Positions 19,812 through 27,856 of a stretch of DNA of 64,000 nt are shown here, piece by piece (position 1 is the first letter of the stretch; every line of letters begins with the position of its first letter). Source of the DNA: Candidatus Zipacnadum vermilionense (GTDB taxonomy: Bacteria > Armatimonadota > Zipacnadia > Zipacnadales > Zipacnadaceae). Made by a program: the position numbers and the translations under genes. A model generated the notes under the pieces. It was not told the DNA's origin. It was given only the letters and a program-made list of their open reading frames with translations, and ran no database searches. The DNA is taken from contig JALGSV010000016.1 of NCBI GenBank assembly GCA_029821755.1, positions 12,372 through 76,371 on the forward strand. Reading direction: 5' to 3'.

Positions 19812-19886
19812 GTGTCAGTGTCAGTCGTCAGTGTCAGTTGGGGACGGGAAGCGGGCCGCTTCCCAACTGACACTGTCCACTGACAC
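19812..19886. repeat. long imperfect hairpin between ybaB and recR
   Basis: GTGTCAGTGTCAGTCGTCAGTGTCAGTTGGGGACGGGAAGCGG-GCC-GCTTCCCAACTGACACTGTCCACTGACAC. Confidence 0.75.
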
Positions 19887-19887
19887 T

Positions 19888-20217
19888 TCAGAAGATGTCC
19901 GGAAGGTCCATTCCCATTCCCGCCAGGGGGGTGGCGGAAACGATCTTCTCGCGCTTGGTCTGCGAGACTTTGGTCAGGGCATCGCGCATGGCGGCGGTGA
20001 CGAGATCCTCGACGAGCTCCTTGTCGGCGTTTTCCAGGACCGCCGGCTCGAGGGTCACGCGGCGTACCTCGCCGCCGCCGGTCATTAGCACCTTCACGGC
20101 GCCGCCGCCGGAGGACCCCTCCAACTCCATACGGGAAAGTTCGTCCAGGGCCTCCACCAGTTGCGTCTGGAAGGCGGCGACCTGGCTCTGGATTAACGAC
20201 TGAAGCGGGTTACGCAT
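19888..20217 (-). CDS. ybaB: nucleoid-associated protein YbaB/EbfC
   Basis: 109-aa YbaB family protein located between dnaX and recR. Confidence 0.9.
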   Translation of the reverse strand: MRNPLQSLIQSQVAAFQTQLVEALDELSRMELEGSSGGGAVKVLMTGGGEVRRVTLEPAVLENADKELVEDLVTAAMRDALTKVSQTKREKIVSATPLAGMGMDLPDIF

Positions 20218-20219
20218 GT

Positions 20220-21989
20220 TTACCTTTCGGGCAGCTCCTGGCTGCCCTCGAACAGTTCGAGAGTCTGACGAACCGCCTCGTCCACCGCCTCTTGGGGAGG
20301 CTGGGCGGGAGGTGGGGTGGCCTCCGCTGGCACCGGCGTCTCGGCTACGCTCTCCTCGGCCGGGGTGGGAGGGGGCGGAGCCTCCGCCACCGGCAGCGCC
20401 GACTCCACCTCCGGCGCGACACTCGCCGTACCGGGCGACGGCAGCTCCCCCTGGCTGCAGGTGATCGTTGCCGGCATCCCCAATACTGCGGTCAGAGCCT
20501 CTTCGATTATCGGCTTGTGCTTGCCGCAGGCGTTGCGGTAATGGAACTCGTGGGTAACGGGAAAAACGAGATGGATCTCCGTGCCGTTGACTGCGGAGGG
20601 GAAGCCCTCCAGCACGATCGCGGAGGTCGCACTGTGGCGCATCCGCTTGAGTTGGTCCTGCAGCATGTTCTGCCAGCGGTCCTGGACGACCTCCAGGGTC
20701 AGCGGCCCCTCCACCGGCACCGGTGTGACGACGGGCCGTGGGCGATCGGCAGGAGACGGTGCGACGGGTTTCTCCTCCGGCGTGGCAGCCGGTCGCGCGG
20801 CCGGTTTCGGTGTTGATCGGGCGACCGGTTCGGCAGGCGTTGCGCGGGCCGGGGCGGGCACCTGCACCGCCGAGACGGCGGTGCCGCTCGCAGCCGGCGC
20901 CGCGGGAGCCGGCCCCTCGGCCGCCTCGGCCAGGGCCAGCTCGACGGTCAGGACTTCCTGGGCTCCCTCGCGCAGGCGCTCCGAGGCCGCGGTCAGCACC
21001 GTGATTATTCCTATCAGTCGTCGCCGCCCCACGCCGGTGGCCAGCGCCCGGGCCGCCGGCTCGGCCTCGCCCTGCGCCCAGGCCGGCGGGGCCGCCCCCA
21101 GTTCCAGCCGCAGCAGGTCCCCGCAGAACGCGGTCAAATCCTTCAGGTATTGCCCCAGGTCCTTGCCCTCGGCGACCAGTTCATCCACCAGCGCAAACAG
21201 CCCCGCCAGGTCCCGTTCGCCCAGCAGGCGCGCGCTGCGCTCCAGCAGATCATGCTGCGTCAACCCCAGCACCGCCGACACCGTTTCCCGGTCGATCGGT
21301 CCCTCGGCATAGGCGACGACCTGGTCGAAGATCGACTCGGCATCGCGCATCGCCCCGCCCGCGGCCTCGGCGATGGTCCACAGCGCCGCTTCGTCAGTCG
21401 TCACGGCCTCGCGCCCGGCGATCTGCCGCAGCGCCTCCACAATCGTCACCGGCGGGATGGCCCGGAAGTCGAACCGCTGGCAGCGGCTCATGATCGTGGG
21501 CAGGAACTTGTGCGCCTCGGTCGTCGCCAGGATGAAGTGCACATAGCTCGGCGGCTCTTCGAGGGTCTTGAGAAGAGCATTGTTGGCGCTCGTCGACAGC
21601 ATGTGCGCTTCGTCGAGGATGTAGACCTTGCAGCGGCCTTGCGCCGGGGAGTACTTGACCTTCTCGGCCAGGTCTCTGATATCATCGACGCTGTTGTGCG
21701 AGGCGGCGTCAATCTCGATAACATCCATAAACCGCCCGGCCTGAATGGCCTGGCAGGCCTCACACTCCCCGCACGGCTCCGACGTCGGCCCCTGCTCGCA
21801 GTTGAGCGCCTTGGCCAGCACGCGGGCGGTGGAGGTCTTCCCCGTCCCCCGCGGCCCGGCGAACAGGTAGGCATGGTGAACCCGCCCCGCCGCCACGGCA
21901 TTACGCAGCGTCTGAGCCACATGCTCCTGCCCCACGATCTCCTCAAAGGTCTGGGGCCGATATTTTAGGGCGAAAGGTAGGTACGACAT
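20220..21989 (-). CDS. dnaX: DNA polymerase III subunits gamma/tau
   Basis: AAA+ Walker A (GPRGTGKTS), zinc module (CxxCxxC), sensor motifs, and a Pro/Ala-rich tau linker. Confidence 0.93.
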   Translation of the reverse strand: MSYLPFALKYRPQTFEEIVGQEHVAQTLRNAVAAGRVHHAYLFAGPRGTGKTSTARVLAKALNCEQGPTSEPCGECEACQAIQAGRFMDVIEIDAASHNSVDDIRDLAEKVKYSPAQGRCKVYILDEAHMLSTSANNALLKTLEEPPSYVHFILATTEAHKFLPTIMSRCQRFDFRAIPPVTIVEALRQIAGREAVTTDEAALWTIAEAAGGAMRDAESIFDQVVAYAEGPIDRETVSAVLGLTQHDLLERSARLLGERDLAGLFALVDELVAEGKDLGQYLKDLTAFCGDLLRLELGAAPPAWAQGEAEPAARALATGVGRRRLIGIITVLTAASERLREGAQEVLTVELALAEAAEGPAPAAPAASGTAVSAVQVPAPARATPAEPVARSTPKPAARPAATPEEKPVAPSPADRPRPVVTPVPVEGPLTLEVVQDRWQNMLQDQLKRMRHSATSAIVLEGFPSAVNGTEIHLVFPVTHEFHYRNACGKHKPIIEEALTAVLGMPATITCSQGELPSPGTASVAPEVESALPVAEAPPPPTPAEESVAETPVPAEATPPPAQPPQEAVDEAVRQTLELFEGSQELPER

Positions 21990-22912
21990 GGGAGTGTTGG
22001 GCGGTGCCGCTTGCCCAGAGTGGCCTTGGCAATGGGCTTGGCTGAATCGTCCAAGTCGGCCTCAACTCTTACCAGCATCGCAAATGGGCCGGCCCGCGCC
22101 CATTTGCGAATGTCACGCCACCTGTTCGCTAGATACCAGGCAGCCCCCTTGGACCCCGACTCAGTAAACCCCGCGCACACAATCCACGTGCGGTCGGGGA
22201 ACTGGTCCGGATGCACCTTCAGAATCAGCCCGACGTCACCGCCCTCATCCAAGCGGAAGTAACTGTGCTCCCCGTCAATGGTGATCTTCTCGTGCTCCGT
22301 ATTCTTTTCGTCCGGGCTGATCTTCACGCCGTCGTTCGCGGCCAGTTGCAGGGCCTCCCGCGTCCAGTCGTTCGAATTGGGCCCCCCGATGGCGATGAAA
22401 GAAGCGTCAAACTTGGCTTCCGTCCCCTGGTCCGGCGTAAGCACTGCCGCAGTACCAGTGTGCTTGGCGATTGCGTTTAACAGGTATTGGGCCGAAGGGA
22501 CCGCGCTGCCGCCGACCGGGTTTCCTATGGAGAGCCGGAGATGAGGCCGGTGTGGCCTGACATAGGGGAATCCGACGAGTTTGTTCGCTTTGCAGTCGGA
22601 CATCCCGGCGTTCTTGGCTCCCGCCACCGCTAGTTTCAGGAGACATTCGTCAAGCTTATACTGGCCGTAGATAAGGTGGTATAGGTCTTGTGTCGCCACG
22701 TCGTCGCCGAAGACCTGCCTGAACCTGCGGTGCTGGACCCACGAGAGGACACGTGCAATGAACCAACTCAGAAGGGCAAAGGCCACGGCGGCGAGGACGC
22801 CGCCGAAGACGTTCAACCAGAAGTCCCGCTGCAAGGGAGTGAACCCTGCCTGGGTTCCCGCAAGGGCTGTCATCGGCGTAGTGGCCGTGCTTGGGGCTGG
22901 CGGGATTGGCAT
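21965..22912 (-). CDS. hypothetical membrane-anchored protein (uncharacterised cytoplasmic domain)
   Basis: 315 aa with one N-terminal TM helix and a globular domain with Gly-rich loops (IAIGGPNSN, CAGFTESGSKGA). Local GC is about 58%, against about 68% in the flanks. Confidence 0.6.
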   Translation of the reverse strand: MPIPPAPSTATTPMTALAGTQAGFTPLQRDFWLNVFGGVLAAVAFALLSWFIARVLSWVQHRRFRQVFGDDVATQDLYHLIYGQYKLDECLLKLAVAGAKNAGMSDCKANKLVGFPYVRPHRPHLRLSIGNPVGGSAVPSAQYLLNAIAKHTGTAAVLTPDQGTEAKFDASFIAIGGPNSNDWTREALQLAANDGVKISPDEKNTEHEKITIDGEHSYFRLDEGGDVGLILKVHPDQFPDRTWIVCAGFTESGSKGAAWYLANRWRDIRKWARAGPFAMLVRVEADLDDSAKPIAKATLGKRHRPTLPCRTYLSP

Positions 22913-22975
22913 CTCAGACCTCCTGTTGCGTCGACTGCGTCACGCCGCTGTACATGGCTCCCATCCGGGGATCAC

Positions 22976-23017
22976 CCCACCAACCACCACCGGGCGGCAC
23001 ATGAAGTGCCGCCCCTA
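22976..23017. repeat. family 3 hairpin repeat (terminator-like), copy 2
   Basis: CCACCAACCACCACCGGGCGGCACATGAAGTGCCGCCCCTAC, with a 9-bp stem and 5-nt loop, 3' of the SRP RNA. Confidence 0.7.
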
Positions 23018-23109
23018 CCTCGGGACCTGCCGTTCCGACTGCCGTCCCAACTGCCGTTTACTATCGTCTCTCCCGGCCGTGCACCCCACCTTTGAACTGA
23101 CGCTTACGG

Positions 23110-23225
23110 GCGTTACCCTCGCAGTTTGCTCCAGCCCGGTTGACCGCGGCACAGCCGACGGAATGCTTACCGCTGCTTCCTTCCGGATCTGACGGGGTTC
23201 AGCAGCGTCGACTTGCGCGGGACCA
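23110..23225 (-). ncRNA. ffs: signal recognition particle RNA (4.5S/SRP RNA)
   Basis: The minus strand reads ...CCGTCAGATCCGGAAGGAAGCAGCGGTAAGC...GTGCCGCGG..., matching the conserved SRP RNA domain IV (GUCAGGUCCGGAAGGAAGCAGC). It sits near dnaX, as in many bacteria. Boundaries are approximate. Confidence 0.6.
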
Positions 23226-23573
23226 GACCTTCATCACCACTTACGGGGGGCAGACCCCACAAACGCAGCCCGGGGGCGGGGAGTTCGGCCCGGCTCTAGC
23301 GGATTGCCGGTACAGGGTACCGCTAGTCCCCCACCTAGCACGGCCGGGAGAAACGACAGGATACGGCAGACCCAACGACAGGCCCAGGGGCAGGCACAAC
23401 ATCAGCAGCGGGACAGGAGCGGAGCAGGACCAAACGGCCCGTCGCAGAAGCGGCGGACCGCACCAAGGTGTTAAGTGTGGCCGGTTATGAGGCTCAGCGC
23501 AGGCGCCATCCCGGGACCCCTCCGTTGCCGTTGTGCCTGTCTCTGAGCCTGTCCTCGTGCCTGTCGTATTGAC

Positions 23574-23663
23574 TGGCGGAGAGGGTGGGATTCGAACCCA
23601 CGTGCCGCTTACGCGACAACACGCTCTCCAGGCGTGCACCTTCGGCCGCTCGGTCACCTCTCC
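23574..23663 (-). tRNA. tRNA-Ser (anticodon GGA)
   Basis: Type II tRNA: GGAGAGGTGACCGAGCGG...ctGGAga...long variable arm...GGTTCGAATCCCACCCTCTCCGCCA. Confidence 0.85.
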
Positions 23664-23885
23664 GCTAGAACGCCAGGCACAACAGCAGGCACAGGAACAG
23701 GCCCAAGGGCAAGCACGACGATGATCGGCGGGGAGGGCGCAGCGCCTGCCGTTGAGTATATGAATGCGACGAGATTGTCAAAGGTCACGAACCAGGAGTG
23801 CAGGCCCTCCCGACGCCGTTCCCGACTGTCGTTGAGCCTGTCTCTGTGTCTGCCTTCGGGCCTGCCGTTGGGCCTGTCGGACTAT

Positions 23886-23979
23886 TGGCGGAGAGGGTGG
23901 GATTCGAACCCACGAGCGGGGATAAACCCGCTACACGATTTCGAGTCGTGCGCTTTCAACCGGACTCAGCCACCTCTCC
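23886..23979 (-). tRNA. tRNA-Ser (anticodon CGA)
   Basis: GGAGAGGTGGCTGAGTCCGG...ctCGAaa...long variable arm...GGTTCGAATCCCACCCTCTCCGCCA. Confidence 0.85.
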
Positions 23980-24217
23980 GCCCGTCCAGCGCGCCCGCAG
24001 GCACAATGAACCATCAGGCCTGCCGATTCGGTCGACTCCGGGGCAGGCCTACCCTGCAATAATAGCGCACCCTTGGTCCCCAAGTCAAGCGACTACCCCG
24101 CGGGTCGGAGAGGCCTCGTGGCCCGCATTATAGCCGTTGTATGGTAGGTATCGCCCCCGCCGACGGCGAAGAAATCACTCGCGGCATTGCCCCGCCGCAG
24201 ATATGGGGGACCCCCAC

Positions 24218-26551
24218 ATGCTTCGCCTTCTACCGGCTCTACTCTTCTGTGTGCTGTTCACTCCCCTCGCCTGCGCCCAGGGCCCCGCGCCCCTCACCGC
24301 ACCCCTGCCGGGGCCGGGGCAGATCTCCCACATGGGCGCCGACCGCGTGTGGGCCAACGCCTGGCTGGAGGATCACATGCACGCCTACCGCCACGGCTTC
24401 GTGCAAGGCAAAGCGGACTACGCGCCCTTCCTCCGGGCCCACCTGGAGCCTCGGCTGAAGGCGGAGGCGCGGCTGGTGATCGACCGGGGGCGGGCCCTGC
24501 CGGAGGACCGCAAGGGCCAGGAGCTGATGAGCTACCCCTACGCCTTCTACTGCCTGGCGATGTACGACCTGACCCACGATAACGAATACATCGGCCTGGG
24601 GCGGGAAATCATGAACCAGGCGCTGGACGTGGTCGGTTACGGCTGGGGTGGATTCCGGCTGAACGCGGTGCTGATCTACCGCAACCTGACCTGGAAGAAA
24701 GACCCGCAGAGCCCCTGGGCCCCACCGGACGCGGAGAAGCGCTTCCGCGCGGCGATGGCGGCCACGGCGGCCAAGCCCCCGGTGGAGTCGCTCTTTGGCG
24801 AGTGGGGGACGCACAACCGCACCTGGTCCCGGCATATGATGCTCAAGGTCGCCCGTACCGTCGCCGAGGAGGACGGCAAGCCGGTGGACCCGCGCGTAGT
24901 GGACTACACTGACTACCACGACAAGCTGGTGGGCTGGACGGGCGATTCGGACGACGCCTCCGCCAACTACCACTGGGTCTTCCTCGACGCCGCGCTGGGC
25001 TGGTATCTGTACACCCAGGACTGGGAGGCCTTCCAGCGCAATCACTTCCCGGAGGTCGTTCTGCGCTACGCGGACATGGTCGCCCCCAGCGGGGGCTGCC
25101 CACAGTTCGCCGCTAGTAGCGGCTGGCACGAGGTGGGCATGGGGATGTGGCTGCTGGAGCTGACCTCGGCGGCTACCGGCGATGGCCGCTACCGCTGGGC
25201 CGCCCAGCGCATGGCCGAGTACTACTACAACCATTTCGAGGAGCGCCCGCTGCAGAGCTGGGGGATCTACTACGGCGTTCTCAACAACTTCACCATGGCC
25301 TACCTACTGGCCGATGACGCGGTCCCGCCAATGGCCTACTCCCCACAGAGTCGCGTGACCTGGCGGCATCCCTTCGTCCCCACAGCCCCGGAGGCGCTGG
25401 CCGCCCATCCGGGCCAGGTCGCGCCCGACAGCATGGACCCCTATCACTGGCTCCCGGACAAGGTGGTGCTGTCCAGCGGCAATGACGCCGCCGGCTTGTG
25501 GGGCTTGGTGGAACTGGTGCCCAAGGCGGGTCACGGCGGGGAGATTCCCGGCAACTTCATCACCCTGATGCGCTACGACGCGGCGCTGCTGGCCGGACAG
25601 GGGTACTACGAGAAGACTCCGGACTTCCAGAATCTGCTCTGGATCAACGAGGACAATCTCAAGTCGGCCCTCAACGACCAGCCCCTGACCACCAGCGTCC
25701 CGGTCTTCATCGACGACCCCGCCTACACTTTCGTGCGCCTGAGGACGGCCAATTACCAGCACCTGCCGGTAACCTATACCCGCGATATCCTCTTTGTGAA
25801 GAACGGCTTCGTCCTGGTCCGCGACCGGGCCCGCTTCGAGGCCGCCCTGGAGAACGTCCGCCTGGGCCCCTGCTGGCAGACTCGCGACTTGGGGCCGCAG
25901 TGCGGGGAAAACTGGTTCAACACCTACTACAGCAAGCTCAACTACGGCAGCGCGGGCCTGGGGATAGACGTCCACACTTACCGCAACCCCGCCTGGGACC
26001 TGCTGGTGTACTTCACGCGGCGCGACGGGCGTAGCCAGACGGTGTTGGACCGCTACGACGAGAACCCCTTCCGCAACTCGCCGCTGCAACTGCGCCAAGT
26101 CTGGACCGGCAACGTGCAGGCCGGGCAGGAGATAGTCTTTACTACAGTGCTGCTGCCGCATGGCCCGGTCTTCAAGCCGCGAGAGCTAATAGAGCCGCTC
26201 CAGCCGGAGGAGCCCAAATACCTGGAGATACTGGCCGACACCGACCAGGTCGCCGCCGTCCGCGTCCTCTGCGATATCGCCCCGCTGCACAAGGTGCGCA
26301 ACGAGGTCTGCGTGATGCTCAACGACACCGGGCAGCTAGCGGAGGCGGGGCCCATCGCCACCGACGGACTGGTGGCGGTGGTGGTGCACGGGGTGGATGG
26401 ATCCATCGCGCAGCGGGCGGTAGCCGGGGGCACGGTCCTGCGCTATCGGGGTAAGGACGAGTTCGCCGCGGCCAGCCACGCCGAGGTGGCGGCCCTGGTC
26501 AAGCCGGAGGAGCTGCAGAAGTGGGAAGCGCAGTACGATAAGCAGGGGTAG
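24218..26551 (+). CDS. secreted large protein, candidate heparinase II/III-like polysaccharide lyase
   Basis: Signal peptide MLRLLPALLFCVLFTPLACAQG, then a ~750-aa Trp/Tyr-rich domain consistent with (alpha/alpha)-toroid plus beta-sandwich lyases. The family call is tentative. Confidence 0.55.
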   Translation: MLRLLPALLFCVLFTPLACAQGPAPLTAPLPGPGQISHMGADRVWANAWLEDHMHAYRHGFVQGKADYAPFLRAHLEPRLKAEARLVIDRGRALPEDRKGQELMSYPYAFYCLAMYDLTHDNEYIGLGREIMNQALDVVGYGWGGFRLNAVLIYRNLTWKKDPQSPWAPPDAEKRFRAAMAATAAKPPVESLFGEWGTHNRTWSRHMMLKVARTVAEEDGKPVDPRVVDYTDYHDKLVGWTGDSDDASANYHWVFLDAALGWYLYTQDWEAFQRNHFPEVVLRYADMVAPSGGCPQFAASSGWHEVGMGMWLLELTSAATGDGRYRWAAQRMAEYYYNHFEERPLQSWGIYYGVLNNFTMAYLLADDAVPPMAYSPQSRVTWRHPFVPTAPEALAAHPGQVAPDSMDPYHWLPDKVVLSSGNDAAGLWGLVELVPKAGHGGEIPGNFITLMRYDAALLAGQGYYEKTPDFQNLLWINEDNLKSALNDQPLTTSVPVFIDDPAYTFVRLRTANYQHLPVTYTRDILFVKNGFVLVRDRARFEAALENVRLGPCWQTRDLGPQCGENWFNTYYSKLNYGSAGLGIDVHTYRNPAWDLLVYFTRRDGRSQTVLDRYDENPFRNSPLQLRQVWTGNVQAGQEIVFTTVLLPHGPVFKPRELIEPLQPEEPKYLEILADTDQVAAVRVLCDIAPLHKVRNEVCVMLNDTGQLAEAGPIATDGLVAVVVHGVDGSIAQRAVAGGTVLRYRGKDEFAAASHAEVAALVKPEELQKWEAQYDKQG

Positions 26552-26573
26552 CGCCAAGGGTGCAGAGCGGTAG

Positions 26574-26649
26574 TGGCGCCCGCGGCCCGAGTCGAACGGG
26601 CGACCTAGAACTTAGGAGGTTCTTGCTCTATCCTCTGAGCTACGCGGGC
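26574..26649 (-). tRNA. tRNA-Arg (anticodon CCT)
   Basis: GCCCGCGTAGCTCAGAGGATAGAGCAAGAACCTCCTAAGTTCTAGGTCGCCCGTTCGACTCGGGCCGCGGGCGCCA. Confidence 0.85.
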
Positions 26650-26718
26650 GCTAGGGACGACAGGCATGACAGCAGGCACAACTACAGGCACAAGGGCCGG
26701 CCCAACGACAGTCGGACG

Positions 26719-27081
26719 CTAAGGCGGTGGTTTGCGCAGGGACTCGCGCAGCGCTTTGGTGAGACGCAGGGCGCCGGCGGCGAGGTTGACCACCGGGGCG
26801 ATGTTGCTGTCGGCAACGACACCCAGGTCCCGGAGGAGGATCAGGTAGTACTGCACCTCCCCCAGGGAGTCGGCGGACATGGTGGCAAAGTGCGCGAAGT
26901 CCCGATCCGATTCCCGCTCCCGGCCCTCGGCGAGGTTGGCGGCGGCCGACACCGCAGCCCGGCACATCTGCGACCCTACCCCAAAACGATCCTGTTCGTG
27001 CAATTCAGCCGACAGCCGGTAGACCGCCAGGACCACCTCGTGCGCAGCGTGCCAAGCCTTCAGCGACTCAAAACTGGCCAC
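26719..27081 (-). CDS. four-helix-bundle protein (23S rRNA intervening-sequence protein family)
   Basis: Family motifs FESLKAWHAAHEVVLAVYRL...RSAVSAAANLAEGRER...EVQYYLILLRDLG. GTG start with GGAGG 6 nt upstream. Only the 3' third of ORF 26719..27327 is real; the rest overlaps tRNAs. Confidence 0.7.
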   Translation of the reverse strand: MASFESLKAWHAAHEVVLAVYRLSAELHEQDRFGVGSQMCRAAVSAAANLAEGRERESDRDFAHFATMSADSLGEVQYYLILLRDLGVVADSNIAPVVNLAAGALRLTKALRESLRKPPP

Positions 27082-27153
27082 TGTTCCCCTCCGACTGCCG
27101 TTGTGCTTGTCTCTGTGCCTGTAGTCGTGCCTGCCGTTGTGCCTGCCGCAAGA

Positions 27154-27229
27154 TTGGCGCGCCCGGGGCGATTCGAACGCCCGACCCCCGGCTCCGCAGG
27201 CCGGTGCTCTATCCACTGAGCTACGAGCG
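27154..27229 (-). tRNA. tRNA-Arg (anticodon read as GCG)
   Basis: GCGCTCGTAGCTCAGTGGATAGAGCACCGGCCTGCGGAGCCGGGGGTCGGGCGTTCGAATCGCCCCGGGCGCGCCA. The GCG anticodon is unusual for bacteria and needs checking. Confidence 0.75.
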
Positions 27230-27294
27230 CGCGCAAGGTAAGTTCCAAGTAGCGGGTTGGTCCCCGCCCGTGCTGTTATTCTGCGGTCGCATTC

Positions 27295-27370
27295 TGGCGC
27301 ACCCGGGGCGATTCGAACGCCCGACACCCGGCTCCGGAGGCCGGTGCTCTATCCACTGAGCTACGGGTGC
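27295..27370 (-). tRNA. tRNA-Arg (anticodon CCG)
   Basis: GCACCCGTAGCTCAGTGGATAGAGCACCGGCCTCCGGAGCCGGGTGTCGGGCGTTCGAATCGCCCCGGGTGCGCCA. Confidence 0.85.
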
Positions 27371-27480
27371 GCTCAACGTCAATCGAAACGCCAGTGGGGA
27401 CGGCAGTGAGAACAGCAGCCAGCCAAGAATACTCCTCCGCCCTCACTTGCGCTCCGACTGCCGTTCCGGCTGTCGTGAAA

Positions 27481-27571
27481 TGGCGGAGAGGCCGGGATTC
27501 GAACCCGGGATGGAGTTGACCCCCATAATCGCTTAGCAGGCGATCGCCATCAGCCACTCGGCCACCTCTCC
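27481..27571 (-). tRNA. tRNA-Ser (anticodon GCT)
   Basis: GGAGAGGTGGCCGAGTGG...ctGCTaa...long variable arm...GGTTCGAATCCCGGCCTCTCCGCCA. Confidence 0.85.
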
Positions 27572-27856
27572 GCTGGACAGCCATTCTATCATATGGCCGC
27601 GGGACCTGGCAAGCAGGCACCGCCCTTTTCACCAGCTAACGCCTGTCGCATGGCGGAACAACAACACCGCCGGCTACCCTACTCCGACCACGCCAGGGAG
27701 CCGGGCCTCACCCAGGGGCCGGCGCCGCGGCCGACCGCCTCCGCCACCTACATAGCGAGGGGGTCGTACATGGTGGCGCCGTCGGCCCGACAGGCAACCG
27801 ACCAGCCACAGCAGCGCCAGGAAGAGCCAGGCGGTCGCGATCTTCATCGGTCGTTC

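Noticed and set aside
23230-23560. Possible RNase P RNA or tmRNA in the SRP-tRNA spacer
   Set aside because: I looked for GGAAAGUCCGGGCUCC / ACAGAACCCGGCUUA (RNase P) and the tRNA-like GGTTCGAATCC end with a tag ORF (tmRNA). None was present. Only the SRP domain IV motif at 23160-23200 matched.
23241-23657. 138-aa minus-strand ORF
   Set aside because: Overlaps tRNA-Ser(GGA) and the repeat-rich spacer, so it is not coding.
24239-26161. Minus-strand ORFs 24239..25234 and 25304..26161
   Set aside because: Antisense to the 804-aa secreted-protein gene. Arg/Gly/Pro-rich with no domain features.
27082-27327. 5' two-thirds of ORF 26719..27327
   Set aside because: This part overlaps tRNA-Arg(GCG) and tRNA-Arg(CCG). 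Only the 3' 121 codons, from the GTG at 27081, encode the four-helix-bundle protein.
2400-27600. CRISPR array candidates (15-bp tandem in rplY; heptamer arrays around tRNAs)
   Set aside because: Repeat units are far too short (7-15 bp), lack unique spacers, and are either in-frame coding or tRNA-flanking. No cas genes are present.
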